A stretch of DNA of 64,000 nt, from the sequence record MG752970.1, one strand, 5' to 3'. Of the stretch, positions 9,050 through 19,056 are shown piece after piece. The notes under the pieces are model-generated. The model was not told the origin of the DNA, ran no database searches, and worked only from the letters and a program-made list of their open reading frames with translations. The position numbers and the translations under genes are program-made. Every line of letters starts with the position of its first letter. Within the stretch, counting starts at the first letter, position 1.

Positions 9050-9684
9050 AGCTAAACGAGATTAAAGACAATAGTGAAATCGCAAACTGGATTAATAGGT
9101 TTGCGGGTGAAGAATCTCATACACTTGGCGCCAGCTTCTTAGATCGTGATGAGCTACTGAAGAAGATATCTCTTGACAGTGATGGTAAATATGTGCTACC
9201 GACCACGGTTAAAAACATTAAAGTAAGATGGTCCGGGAAATTTGAGGCGCCCCCGTTCATTCTGAACGGGGTGAATTGGTTGATCTTTTCTTCAAATGAT
9301 TGTGATACGGTAGATCTAGGGTTTGTAAAGAACGCTTGGGTTCTATCATTCATCGGAAATCTAGGAAACTTAAATCATTACGTAGGTGAGCTGGGTAAAC
9401 TTGAGACACCATTAGGATCGTCTCATAGGGTAAACTTCAAAGCAAATAAACCGTGCTCAGGATTAATTGAGACTCTGCACAATCTTCAGCGCACAAGAGT
9501 TCATTTTGACTACATTCCAATTCATCCGGATCTAGACTTAAAGCAACTGGGCGGTAGGGGATTCAAGCTTCTATGCGAACATAACGTATACACCTTCGGT
9601 TTTGCCGGTGAAGCTGTTAAATATGATAACCTATTCGATGTTCAGGATCGATTAGTGAATGACGGATTTGCGGAGTTTATATGA
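9046..9684 (+). CDS. paralog family member P12
   Basis: MKLNEI...NLFDVQDRLVNDGFAEFI. Confidence 0.9.
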   Translation: MKLNEIKDNSEIANWINRFAGEESHTLGASFLDRDELLKKISLDSDGKYVLPTTVKNIKVRWSGKFEAPPFILNGVNWLIFSSNDCDTVDLGFVKNAWVLSFIGNLGNLNHYVGELGKLETPLGSSHRVNFKANKPCSGLIETLHNLQRTRVHFDYIPIHPDLDLKQLGGRGFKLLCEHNVYTFGFAGEAVKYDNLFDVQDRLVNDGFAEFI

Positions 9685-10286
9685 AGCTGAATGAAATTAA
9701 AAAGGATATTATTAGAGAGTGTTATGACTGGTTTGAGTCATACGTTATATTAGGAGGTCTTTCTAGAGTTTACGAAAACTTTAAGGAAGATTTCTATGAC
9801 AATTTCTTCATGGCACCGGATGGAGTCCCAGTACTAAGGTTTGATACTAAGCAGATCAACATTGAATATTCTGGAAAGGAGTGGACTCAGCCACCGTTTA
9901 GAATCAGAGCAGCCTCCATACGTATTGCTAATTTAGATTGTCGTAATATGGATTTAAGCTTCATCGATCCTATCATAGATGACATGCAATTTAGAATGCA
10001 TAATTGTGTTGTTGGTAATTGTCAAAAGTTTATTGATGCAGAAGCCAGCGTAGAACAATTTGATATCTCAACATCGGATATCAGCAACGTTGTAGAGATG
10101 CTGCGAGTTTGCGAGAATGTTAGAATCTATTTGAATCTTGGCAAATCGAAAGTACTTGTTATTGAGAGCGTTGAAAGAAGCAAATTTTCTCTTGTAGATA
10201 GTATCGATAAGAAGCAGTATGATTTCACTGATATTTTTGACGTTCAAACATGGCTCATAGAAAATGGGTATGAGGACATCGTATGA
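9681..10286 (+). CDS. paralog family member P13
   Basis: MKLNEI...DIFDVQTWLIENGYEDIV. Confidence 0.9.
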   Translation: MKLNEIKKDIIRECYDWFESYVILGGLSRVYENFKEDFYDNFFMAPDGVPVLRFDTKQINIEYSGKEWTQPPFRIRAASIRIANLDCRNMDLSFIDPIIDDMQFRMHNCVVGNCQKFIDAEASVEQFDISTSDISNVVEMLRVCENVRIYLNLGKSKVLVIESVERSKFSLVDSIDKKQYDFTDIFDVQTWLIENGYEDIV

Positions 10287-10900
10287 AGTTAAATGAGGTG
10301 GTCGACACACGAACAAAGGTATACCAGTGGTTGGTAAAGTATGATAATTCGCACCACAAGCCAAGCAAAGAGGATCTCAAGATAGAAAGTTGGATCCTCT
10401 CAACAAATGAACTTTGGCTGCGTCCAGTAAAGAATTCAATAGACAAACGGTTCTACGCGCCGCCAGACGTTCTGTTTGACGTCAACCAAATTCACATAGT
10501 CGGTTTTGATGTATCAACCATTAAGTTGAATTGGATCCTACATACCAGAAGTTTAATTTTGGCTGGCGTTGGTGATTGGACAAAATCAATGCCGGGGATT
10601 ATCGAAAGTGTTGGAGGATCCGGTAACAAAATATTGCAGATTCAAACTAGCACTGACAGCAAAATGAATCTGCTTGATTTGTTCAATATTAATCCGACAG
10701 CATATGCGTCCGTCTCATTCTATCATAATGGATATGGTCAAGTTGGTAGCAAGCTAGCATTTTACGTAAATAGCAATAAGCATGGTGGATTTGTGGTGAC
10801 CTTTATGGATGATAATCAGGACGGGTTTGATGAAGAAGTGAACGACCAATTCGAACTACAAGACGTGCTGATACAAAATGGATACGAGAGGTTCACGTGA
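10283..10900 (+). CDS. paralog family member P14
   Basis: MKLNEV...DQFELQDVLIQNGYERFT. Confidence 0.9.
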   Translation: MKLNEVVDTRTKVYQWLVKYDNSHHKPSKEDLKIESWILSTNELWLRPVKNSIDKRFYAPPDVLFDVNQIHIVGFDVSTIKLNWILHTRSLILAGVGDWTKSMPGIIESVGGSGNKILQIQTSTDSKMNLLDLFNINPTAYASVSFYHNGYGQVGSKLAFYVNSNKHGGFVVTFMDDNQDGFDEEVNDQFELQDVLIQNGYERFT

Positions 10901-11505
10901 AACTTAAAGAAGTAGCAATTAATTTTGATGAAATGTCCAAGTGGGAAGAATGGGTTAAGCATAACCTACAAAACGTGACGGGCCAGGGAAACATTTGGAC
11001 AACCATCAAGAATTTCATTTCACATAATACTCTTGATTTGCGTTCCGCTCCTGACATTGCTAGAGCTCTAGTTGGAACCGGTCAGCCATTTATTTCTCCA
11101 CCCGGACAATTTATTAAAGGATCGATGGAGTTCATCAATTATGATTTCGCCAACACCGCATCAATAGATAATCTAGTGAGCAGCAGAATTTTTCTGTATT
11201 CACAAAATGGGTATGGTGATCTTCCGACCTTATTACGAAAATTTAAATCCGTTGAAGCTTTGCGTAAGCTTACAGCAAATATAGAATACGGCAAAATCGT
11301 GAATTTGACAGAGGCTGCTGAGGAATTTGCTGATGGAAAAATCGAAATTGTAATTGATGTAGTGCATCGATCCGGTGCTGTCATTTTTGGTATCAATCTA
11401 CAAAAGAAATTTGTAAATACAACCAATGGAAATAACTTTCAATATGCTGATTCATTTGAGCTACAAGATTGGTTGATTAGCAACGACTTTAAGGATCTTG
11501 TATGA
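10897..11505 (+). CDS. paralog family member P15
   Basis: GTG start, (M)KLKEV...DSFELQDWLISNDFKDLV; GTGA overlap. Confidence 0.9.
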   Translation: MKLKEVAINFDEMSKWEEWVKHNLQNVTGQGNIWTTIKNFISHNTLDLRSAPDIARALVGTGQPFISPPGQFIKGSMEFINYDFANTASIDNLVSSRIFLYSQNGYGDLPTLLRKFKSVEALRKLTANIEYGKIVNLTEAAEEFADGKIEIVIDVVHRSGAVIFGINLQKKFVNTTNGNNFQYADSFELQDWLISNDFKDLV

Positions 11506-12083
11506 AGCTACACGAAATACGTGGTGAAGATGAACGTGCGATTGAATGCTGGCATTGGTTGAAGGATAGGCTGATAAGTCCTGTTTTATCTTACGAAGAG
11601 TTTTTGGATCGATTCTATGTAAGTCATGATACCTATGTTTTTGATTACATCTACAAACCAATTCAGATGCGGTTCGATGGTGAATGGGAGGGATCTCCAC
11701 TCAAAATGAAAGTGGGTTCCATAAACTTTAAAGATTCGGATTGCCATAAACTTGAAATTGAATCTTTAATAGATGTAGAAACAAACTTATATCTGACTCG
11801 TTGTCCTATTGGAAATCTGAATGGATTGGCGTCAAGCATTGAGAAAATAAACTTTCTAAGTATTGCCGGAACAGAGGACGTCTCCGGAATATGTGCGTAC
11901 ATTGGAGCTCTAGACTATCATAATGAATTTGTTCTTCGAATGGAGGCTATAGATATAAATGCCGATCATCGAAAAATAGAAGTATTTGACAAGAGCTCAA
12001 CGTGGAGAGATGAATTTAACTTTGACAATGTTTTTGATCTCCAAGCTTGGATGATTGAGAAAGGATTTGATTATTTAGTATGA
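11502..12083 (+). CDS. paralog family member P16
   Basis: MKLHEI...NVFDLQAWMIEKGFDYLV. Confidence 0.9.
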   Translation: MKLHEIRGEDERAIECWHWLKDRLISPVLSYEEFLDRFYVSHDTYVFDYIYKPIQMRFDGEWEGSPLKMKVGSINFKDSDCHKLEIESLIDVETNLYLTRCPIGNLNGLASSIEKINFLSIAGTEDVSGICAYIGALDYHNEFVLRMEAIDINADHRKIEVFDKSSTWRDEFNFDNVFDLQAWMIEKGFDYLV

Positions 12084-12673
12084 AGCTGAATGAGATAAGC
12101 GGTAGAGATCAGCTCTCCTATGAATGGATGAAGTGGATCGAAAACAATTTCACGGTATCGGAAGGGCAGAAAATGCTAAATCGCATTTCCGTGACTGGTG
12201 ACTTAATGATTCCGGCAGCTTCAGAATTATACGGAAGAGGAAAACCATTTGCTCCTCCCGGCAAAGTGATCGATGGAAGATGGGTAGGATTAAATGATTA
12301 CGATTTTGTTAATTCAGATTTTTCAAAGCTGCAAGTACTAGATCAGTTAGAGCTTTTCGTGACAGACGAAGCGGACGGAATCTTGGGTGATCTCGCGCGA
12401 GTTTGTGAGAAGGTTCAATCTAATCCAGAAATAGTTAAAAGACTGCATGTAATAGCCGCACGTGATAGAATTACTAACGTATGCGAGGCAGCCGAAATTT
12501 TCCCACACTTTATTTTAAGAATTAGAGATTTCAATTCGAATAAAGATATCCTAGATCTAGATGCAGCAAGAAAGCATGTAACTGATATCAATGATGGAAC
12601 CACGCATTTTTATTCTAGCGTGTTTGAGCTACAAGAATTTTTGATTAATAACGGATTTGAGGACATAGCATGA
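12080..12673 (+). CDS. paralog family member P17
   Basis: MKLNEI...SVFELQEFLINNGFEDIA. Confidence 0.9.
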   Translation: MKLNEISGRDQLSYEWMKWIENNFTVSEGQKMLNRISVTGDLMIPAASELYGRGKPFAPPGKVIDGRWVGLNDYDFVNSDFSKLQVLDQLELFVTDEADGILGDLARVCEKVQSNPEIVKRLHVIAARDRITNVCEAAEIFPHFILRIRDFNSNKDILDLDAARKHVTDINDGTTHFYSSVFELQEFLINNGFEDIA

Positions 12674-13305
12674 AGCTAGTTGAAATAGGAAATGAAAAAT
12701 CCGACTTAGTAAACTCTCAAATAGATTGGTTGAATTCTTATAGGATTAAACCAACTATGCAATCCGTGACTAACATGAAAAACGCGGAAAAGAGAGGTGA
12801 GCCATTTGTGATTAATTCTGCATCTTTAAAACTTAATGGCCAAGATACTCCCAATTTTATTCAACCTCCTAATATACTTCTCAATGCTAGCTCTCATATA
12901 GAATTTTGGAATTTTAATTTTGAGACTATAACAAATTTTAATTTCATATATCATGCTCCGGAATTATATTTCCACGGCAAGCACGGAAGATGGGGGAATT
13001 TCTTTGATAACTTATCATCAAAAATATCCTCGATACCCGGGTTATATTACGCTTTATTCGATATAGACGTTATCAAAGAAATTCCTAAAAACCTTATCAA
13101 TGTCTTCGAGATTCCATGCACTACGAGAATTTTTGCGTTCAATGGAGGTCCAGAACCAATTGATATTTGGCATGAGCATGGTGTACAACATAATCTAGTT
13201 ACCTGGTGGAGTAATGATGGCACCCAGCATTATGAAAAACATTACTCTGATATTTTTGAACTACAAGAAATTTTAATTGACGCAGGGATTCCAAATTTAA
13301 TATGA
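12670..13305 (+). CDS. paralog family member P18
   Basis: MKLVEI...DIFELQEILIDAGIPNLI. Confidence 0.9.
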   Translation: MKLVEIGNEKSDLVNSQIDWLNSYRIKPTMQSVTNMKNAEKRGEPFVINSASLKLNGQDTPNFIQPPNILLNASSHIEFWNFNFETITNFNFIYHAPELYFHGKHGRWGNFFDNLSSKISSIPGLYYALFDIDVIKEIPKNLINVFEIPCTTRIFAFNGGPEPIDIWHEHGVQHNLVTWWSNDGTQHYEKHYSDIFELQEILIDAGIPNLI

Positions 13306-13895
13306 AGCTAGCCGAAATAGCGCATGATGAAATGCAAGATGCAGTAGAGTGGGCCAAAACCTATGCCAGTGACCTGTTGATGAGCAGATCAGACTTCTTA
13401 CAGAATGTCGATGGTCGTATAGTGTTTGAAGATGAATACTATACAATGGACATTTCTCCAAGTGATAATTGGGTCAATCCGCCATTTGATATCAAAATTA
13501 GATCTCTGTCAATTAACATGGATCATAAATTTGATATTCAGAAAATGAATTTCGATTTCATTAAACAGTGCGACAATATTCAACTGCAAAATAAAAAGGG
13601 AATTGACAATATAGGAGATCTAAAAGCATTCATCGATAAATTCAATCATGTGCATTTATTCAGTTGCAATGCTTATACACCAAGTACGATGATCACAAAT
13701 GTTGTAGCGGCTATGGACGCATCAATGGGTGTTGACGTAATGTTCACCGACCTCCAAAATATTTCCATACATAAACCAGGCAGGTTGGACGTCTTCACCA
13801 TCAGAAGCACCGGCGCGCACATCATGGAAACATTTACCGATTTATTCGATCTACAAGATTACCTTGTTAATCACGGTCTGGAAAGCGTCGTGTAA
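13302..13895 (+). CDS. paralog family member P19
   Basis: MKLAEI...DLFDLQDYLVNHGLESVV. Confidence 0.9.
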   Translation: MKLAEIAHDEMQDAVEWAKTYASDLLMSRSDFLQNVDGRIVFEDEYYTMDISPSDNWVNPPFDIKIRSLSINMDHKFDIQKMNFDFIKQCDNIQLQNKKGIDNIGDLKAFIDKFNHVHLFSCNAYTPSTMITNVVAAMDASMGVDVMFTDLQNISIHKPGRLDVFTIRSTGAHIMETFTDLFDLQDYLVNHGLESVV

Positions 13896-13897
13896 GA

Positions 13898-14485
13898 TCA
13901 CGTGAGCCTTTCGTATCCATTAGTGACCAACCAATCTTGTAGATCGAATGCGTCATTCACCAACAAAGGCTCATCATCACCAAATTCAATTTTGATTTTG
14001 GAACCAATTCGTTTTGAAATTATTAGAGTAGGTCCGTTTCCAGTTGAAAGAGAAAACCCAAATCTACCCATATTCGCAAACATGCTAGTAATGTTGTCGC
14101 TATAATCACTATCAAAACTGATCCAAAGCCGCTTATAGTTTAGTGGAGTGTCCTTTAGAGGTGGCAAATTACAATTACGGAAGAACACCACATTGTTAGG
14201 AAGGTCAACGTCGCACCAACTTCTAATTGTACGCCTTCTAATACATAGGTCGGTGAACCCTTCTATTTTACATTTAAGAGCAAAATCCTCATACTCATCC
14301 GACGGTCTGACGTAAACATAACCCTTATTATCAAATTCAACTTTAGGCCCATTGGGTGTTTGTATTATGCAATAGTTGGGTTTTATTCTATACGATTTTC
14401 CGGTTTCATAATCATATGCCGTACGATAAAATTCTTGCTCGACCCATTGAGGAAGAGATTCGAGAAATTCGTAATCCATAATCAT
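13898..14485 (-). CDS. paralog family member P20 (inverted, no MKLxEI)
   Basis: C-term DAFDLQDWLVTNGYERLT. Confidence 0.88.
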   Translation of the reverse strand: MIMDYEFLESLPQWVEQEFYRTAYDYETGKSYRIKPNYCIIQTPNGPKVEFDNKGYVYVRPSDEYEDFALKCKIEGFTDLCIRRRTIRSWCDVDLPNNVVFFRNCNLPPLKDTPLNYKRLWISFDSDYSDNITSMFANMGRFGFSLSTGNGPTLIISKRIGSKIKIEFGDDEPLLVNDAFDLQDWLVTNGYERLT

Positions 14486-15069
14486 ACTAATGCCTCAAAC
14501 CCGTTTTCTATTAACCAGTCCTGTAGTTCGAACACATCTTTCAGGGTGGCACCTCTGACGTCCCCGGATGCCCAAATATCTCCATCGCGATCTTTTGTGA
14601 TTGTTGTAGATCTGTTAGAATTAATAATTCTAATAGTAATATGCAAATCTTTTCTGTCAAATATCGGAACAATATTTTCTCTGTGATCCGGATTTATTTT
14701 AATCCACCACTTACATGATGATGATGGCAAATCCTTTAATGGTGGGGTTTTGCATTTGTCAATGTATGCGGTTTTGTATGGAATGGGGACATCATTCCAT
14801 CGCTCTATAGTTCTATTAGAAACCTGTAACTCGGAAATGCCCCGGGTTATAAAAGGAACATGCAAACGCGGATATTCATCTGGGTTGTCATTTATCAGAC
14901 GAATGTAATTATCAGAAAATTGTATGACAAGTGGTTGGGCCGGTTCATCAATGATTCCATAGTGTGGCGTGTAATAATCCAAGCTGAGAGTCATTGGATT
15001 CATTTTTCTGGTTTCAAACGTATTCTTAACCCAGTTGTCAATCTCTAATCTTTTTGCTGAACTTATCAT
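14482..15069 (-). CDS. paralog family member P21 (inverted, no MKLxEI)
   Basis: C-term DVFELQDWLIENGFEALV; ATGA overlap. Confidence 0.88.
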   Translation of the reverse strand: MISSAKRLEIDNWVKNTFETRKMNPMTLSLDYYTPHYGIIDEPAQPLVIQFSDNYIRLINDNPDEYPRLHVPFITRGISELQVSNRTIERWNDVPIPYKTAYIDKCKTPPLKDLPSSSCKWWIKINPDHRENIVPIFDRKDLHITIRIINSNRSTTITKDRDGDIWASGDVRGATLKDVFELQDWLIENGFEALV

Positions 15070-15695
15070 GCTAACCTACTGAAATCGTTATCCATCAACC
15101 ATGACTGTAACTCAAACACATCGTTAAGTCTGATTTCTGTTGTCAAATATCCGGTTTGAACTCTTATGGGTTCGTTATACCATCTATAAACCAACAGAAA
15201 ATCTGAAGTTGTATGGTTGGTGAGCGTAAACGATGCCTGCCGTCCATCAGATTTGCATGTGTTTTCAAACATGTTGATGATGCTGCCATTAAATCCCAAA
15301 CTTGTCTCTACCCGAATGTCAGGAAATTCTGGCATATTATCCAAGTTTGGGATGATGCAATCTATTAAGCTTATTCTTTCTATTCCAGTGGGGAGATGAT
15401 CCCACTCTGTAATAGTTCTTTTGTTTACCTGAAATTTTGATACGCCACTTGATATAAATGGAAATTTTAATTCTTCAAATTCATCTCGTTTATCTGATTT
15501 TTCGATCACACGCAGACACTTTCTATCAATTCCAAACCATACATGCGTGTCACATATCATGTGATTTGGAATTTCTAGACCTAAAATTCGATTTGTCTTC
15601 TGCTCAATTCTAGCAACTCGAAGATTGTTTTCAATGAATCCACTCCACAATCCTCTTCGGTATTGATCAACATCTAATATCATGCTAAATTCCAA
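15066..15695 (-). CDS. paralog family member P22 (inverted, no MKLxEI)
   Basis: C-term DVFELQSWLMDNDFSRLA; start either TTG 15695 or ATG 15683. Confidence 0.85.
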   Translation of the reverse strand: MEFSMILDVDQYRRGLWSGFIENNLRVARIEQKTNRILGLEIPNHMICDTHVWFGIDRKCLRVIEKSDKRDEFEELKFPFISSGVSKFQVNKRTITEWDHLPTGIERISLIDCIIPNLDNMPEFPDIRVETSLGFNGSIINMFENTCKSDGRQASFTLTNHTTSDFLLVYRWYNEPIRVQTGYLTTEIRLNDVFELQSWLMDNDFSRLA

Positions 15696-15771
15696 ATTTA
15701 GTATTGGCCGTTATCATATCGTAAAATTTTTAGGTCTCGTAACAATAATTGTACACCCAAGGCCTTCTAAG

Positions 15772-15780
15772 TGTTATAAT
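15772..15780 (+). promoter_or_regulatory. extended -10 sigma70-type promoter
   Basis: TGtTATAAT upstream of ORF 15864; TTGTAC present ~20 nt upstream. Confidence 0.5.
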
Positions 15781-15863
15781 GCACATAGTCGCGGACAATA
15801 ATACAAATAAGTTTTTGTTTCCAGCGGGGATATACCGTTCCGTTATATTGGAGGATATGGAAT

Positions 15864-16133
15864 ATGCTTAAGGAAATGAGCGATCATTCGTTCAGAAAAG
15901 CTGTAGATAGGGATTTGAAAAACATGGGATTTAAGCCTGGGTGCGAATACATGGTAGCTTTAGTCATGGGCTGCCCTGGACAGAGGGTCATTCTTCCATG
16001 GAATAATTGTGATTGTCCTGAACATGCAAAGACAATGTGCAGGATGTTGGAACTAACAACAGACAATCCACAGTGGTTCTTTGTGGTTCTTAGAAATGAC
16101 GGTCGCATCATTTATCGGACCGAACAGAAGTAA
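15864..16133 (+). CDS. small Cys-containing hypothetical protein
   Basis: 89-aa ORF, GGAGG RBS, CDCPEH motif. Confidence 0.7.
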   Translation: MLKEMSDHSFRKAVDRDLKNMGFKPGCEYMVALVMGCPGQRVILPWNNCDCPEHAKTMCRMLELTTDNPQWFFVVLRNDGRIIYRTEQK

Positions 16134-16193
16134 AAGTTTCCATTAGGATTGGGTTTGATTTAGAATTTATCAAGTCAAACCCAAGTGAATATC

Positions 16194-16427
16194 ATGAACA
16201 CGCGAGAACTTTTCAAGAAGTTGGTTGCTGAAGCTAAAGGTACACGCGAGGAAGCAACTACCGTTCTAGGAACGCATGGGAGTCATCGCAGGGAATGGTT
16301 CGAGAAAAATAAGAATCGTGAAGGTAAGTATGCGTATCTGACAGATCAGGAAATTGACATGATGTCAGAAAGAGAGCTTCATGACACAATGATCAAGTTC
16401 ATCGCGGACTGCTTCCAGCAACGATAA
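16194..16427 (+). CDS. small hypothetical protein
   Basis: ORF 16185..16427, likely ATG 16194 (MNTRELFK). Confidence 0.65.
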   Translation: MNTRELFKKLVAEAKGTREEATTVLGTHGSHRREWFEKNKNREGKYAYLTDQEIDMMSERELHDTMIKFIADCFQQR

Positions 16428-16447
16428 CCAATCGCAGTTCCAAAAAT

Positions 16448-16475
16448 AAAAGGATGCCACACGGCATCCTTTTTG
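16448..16475. terminator. intrinsic terminator (likely bidirectional)
   Basis: AAAAGGATGCC-ACAC-GGCATCCTTTTT. Confidence 0.75.
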
Positions 16476-16513
16476 CTATTTGTGGATCGATAAAGTTGAA
16501 AGAAGCCTTTCTG

Positions 16514-16519
16514 TAAATA
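16514..16519 (+). promoter_or_regulatory. TAAATA late-promoter-like box
   Basis: 16 nt upstream of ATG 16536, followed by AGAAAGGAG RBS. Confidence 0.6.
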
Positions 16520-16535
16520 AAGAAAGGAGATCGTT

Positions 16536-17132
16536 ATGAAGCTTTTTGAGATAAACGAGCAGAGTCCTCTTGACTGGACCATGGACAATTTAAAACTGAT
16601 GGGTGATTTCGGGGATAAGAAAGGTTATGGTCGAAAAGAAGTAGATACGAATGCGACATTTTATTCTGCTGGCAAATTCAAAGGTGGAGCTGATTTATCA
16701 GATTTTTGGGTAGAACCCAAGAAGGTTATCACATCCCCGCCATACTACATAACTAAGTGCGTAGGGTGGGTTGGAAAATGGAAAATCGTCAAAAATTCAG
16801 ACATGAAAATTTTAAATCCTACAGAAGTTTATGTGTGGGATTTTGATGGAACGGTTGATGAAATAAAATTGTACCTATCCAAGTTCAAGGCCGAAAATGT
16901 ATACTTGCAATTTAAAGCTGGTTTCACAAAAGAATTGTTTAATGTCTTGATGGCCGCCAAGGGCGCCGCCACAAATGGCTATGAAATTGAATCTGGTCCT
17001 TTATCAATCTACTATTACCCACACAATGACAAAATCAGTGTCATGATAGATGGTGTAGTTAAAGCTACTGTAGATGATGAATTTGAACTTCAAGATTGGT
17101 TGGTTAATAATGGATATGACAATTTGCTATGA
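16536..17132 (+). CDS. paralog family member P23
   Basis: MKLFEI...DEFELQDWLVNNGYDNLL. Confidence 0.9.
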   Translation: MKLFEINEQSPLDWTMDNLKLMGDFGDKKGYGRKEVDTNATFYSAGKFKGGADLSDFWVEPKKVITSPPYYITKCVGWVGKWKIVKNSDMKILNPTEVYVWDFDGTVDEIKLYLSKFKAENVYLQFKAGFTKELFNVLMAAKGAATNGYEIESGPLSIYYYPHNDKISVMIDGVVKATVDDEFELQDWLVNNGYDNLL

Positions 17133-17743
17133 AGCTACACGAAATTAATTTTGATGAGCAGGCCGTTCAACTTAAGAAAAATGTTTTAGAATGGCTCATC
17201 AAGTACGACAGAAGACATACATGGTTACCAGATGACCATATTTCTATTCGAAATGGTATAGCACAAATAGAAGAACTTGAATTATATCCAACCGTCAATA
17301 ATGGTGAATTTGTTCCTCCACCTGTAAACTTCTGGTGTGATAGAATAGACATCAATAATTTTGATATGAGCACCGTGAGTTTGGATTGGATTAAATCGTT
17401 ACTACACATCAGATTTTACGATCATTATAGTGGGAAGTTGCACGAAAAGATAGATGATATTCTCGCGCTCAATCGCAAATTTGGTCCTCAAGTAACTATC
17501 ACAGTATCTGACGGTGATAGATTTGAGCTTTTTAAAATTTTCGAAATACAAGAATGTGAATTCAGAATCGATGGCGAACAAAAGGTTTTCGATCTATCGT
17601 ATACATGCTATAGAGGAACAAAGCGTGTTATTGAAATCTATCTACCAAAAGAAAACGATTGGGCTGAATATTTCTGCACGAATATGGATGCCTTCGATTT
17701 ACAAAATCTTTTGATAGAACATGGATTTGAAAATCTTGCTTGA
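17129..17743 (+). CDS. paralog family member P24
   Basis: MKLHEI...DAFDLQNLLIEHGFENLA. Confidence 0.9.
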   Translation: MKLHEINFDEQAVQLKKNVLEWLIKYDRRHTWLPDDHISIRNGIAQIEELELYPTVNNGEFVPPPVNFWCDRIDINNFDMSTVSLDWIKSLLHIRFYDHYSGKLHEKIDDILALNRKFGPQVTITVSDGDRFELFKIFEIQECEFRIDGEQKVFDLSYTCYRGTKRVIEIYLPKENDWAEYFCTNMDAFDLQNLLIEHGFENLA

Positions 17744-17761
17744 GTGTGCTTTAGAAAGATT

Positions 17762-18415
17762 ATGAAATTAAGTGAAATACAAGTTAAGATAACGCCGGAC
17801 ATATCAAATTGGGTGCAAAATAATATGCCACTCAATGATGAGTCATATGAGGCCATTCATAGCATTGGTGAAAATTTGGCATCCAGTGGTAGAGCAATTG
17901 CAACCTTTGCCAATGCTGGTACCATCTATTTGACACCCCAAAATAGCCAATCAGTAGAGTGGACCAATCCTCCATTTAAAATGCGGTTTGATTCTCCATG
18001 TAGGGGTGTAGATATTGATGGCTACAATTTAAATGGAATATCATTTGATTGGTTTGAAGGTGGACATTGTTTAAGCTTGCATTGCCGCAGCGATCCAATT
18101 GGCGATGCTCTCACAAAACTTCATACAATTAAAAATGTGGACAGCTTTTATGCGTCATTTAACATCCACACGCTGAAAGGTGGATTGCTGGAAGCCGCAG
18201 ATTCTGGGATTCCTGAAATTGAGCTGTGGGCTGGAAATGAAAATGCAACAGCGCTGTTTACGATAAAGGTTATTCAAGGGAATTTCATGCTTAAGAATGT
18301 TCGAAAACGCGATGAACATGGGAAATTGGTGGGTGCACCTCTTCAGTTTCGTTGCAATGATGTTTTCAGCATGCAAGAAGCTCTCATAGAATGTGGATAC
18401 GGAGATTTTATATGA
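17762..18415 (+). CDS. paralog family member P25
   Basis: MKLSEI (start refined to 17762)...DVFSMQEALIECGYGDFI. Confidence 0.88.
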   Translation: MKLSEIQVKITPDISNWVQNNMPLNDESYEAIHSIGENLASSGRAIATFANAGTIYLTPQNSQSVEWTNPPFKMRFDSPCRGVDIDGYNLNGISFDWFEGGHCLSLHCRSDPIGDALTKLHTIKNVDSFYASFNIHTLKGGLLEAADSGIPEIELWAGNENATALFTIKVIQGNFMLKNVRKRDEHGKLVGAPLQFRCNDVFSMQEALIECGYGDFI

Positions 18416-19056
18416 AGCTTGCAGAAATTTTAGATGATTTTCCCGACTGGGCGAAGACGCCCGAATATAGATCCGCTGTTAAATGGCTGGATACATATGC
18501 TGAGGGAGTGAATGAAGATGCTGGAGAAGTCATAACTCTGGAAGATGGGGTATTTAAAACCGATGTTCTTAGGATAGATAATACCGGATATTCTAATAGA
18601 CTAGAATATCCACCATTCAAAGTGAATGCACAGAAAATAGTAATAGAGTCTTTTGATCTATCTGACATTGAAAATTTTGATTGGATACAGCGTTGCGATG
18701 ACCTTGTAATGGATGGCGACGAAACTCTAACATTGGGTAAACTTGTTCCATCTATAATCCAGTTATGCAAGAGAATGCCAGAGTTGTCTTTAATTTTGTC
18801 TTTTAATGCCAATGACAAAATACAAGGTGGAATTTCACAAATTATTGATCTACCCAATCCACTTTCAATTTATGTCGTTCACCCATCTATGGGATTTTCT
18901 ATTGACTTCGAATATTTTAAAACCAAGTATGACAAGTCTGGAACATTGCAAATTCTTAAACCTACTAATTCAGATGTGGTTGCTGAATACAAAATATCCA
19001 GTGTATTTGAATTTCAGGATGCAATGATTAATCACGGTCTGGAAAAATATCTATGA
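18412..19056 (+). CDS. paralog family member P26
   Basis: MKLAEI (start refined to 18412, ATGA overlap)...SVFEFQDAMINHGLEKYL. Confidence 0.9.
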   Translation: MKLAEILDDFPDWAKTPEYRSAVKWLDTYAEGVNEDAGEVITLEDGVFKTDVLRIDNTGYSNRLEYPPFKVNAQKIVIESFDLSDIENFDWIQRCDDLVMDGDETLTLGKLVPSIIQLCKRMPELSLILSFNANDKIQGGISQIIDLPNPLSIYVVHPSMGFSIDFEYFKTKYDKSGTLQILKPTNSDVVAEYKISSVFEFQDAMINHGLEKYL

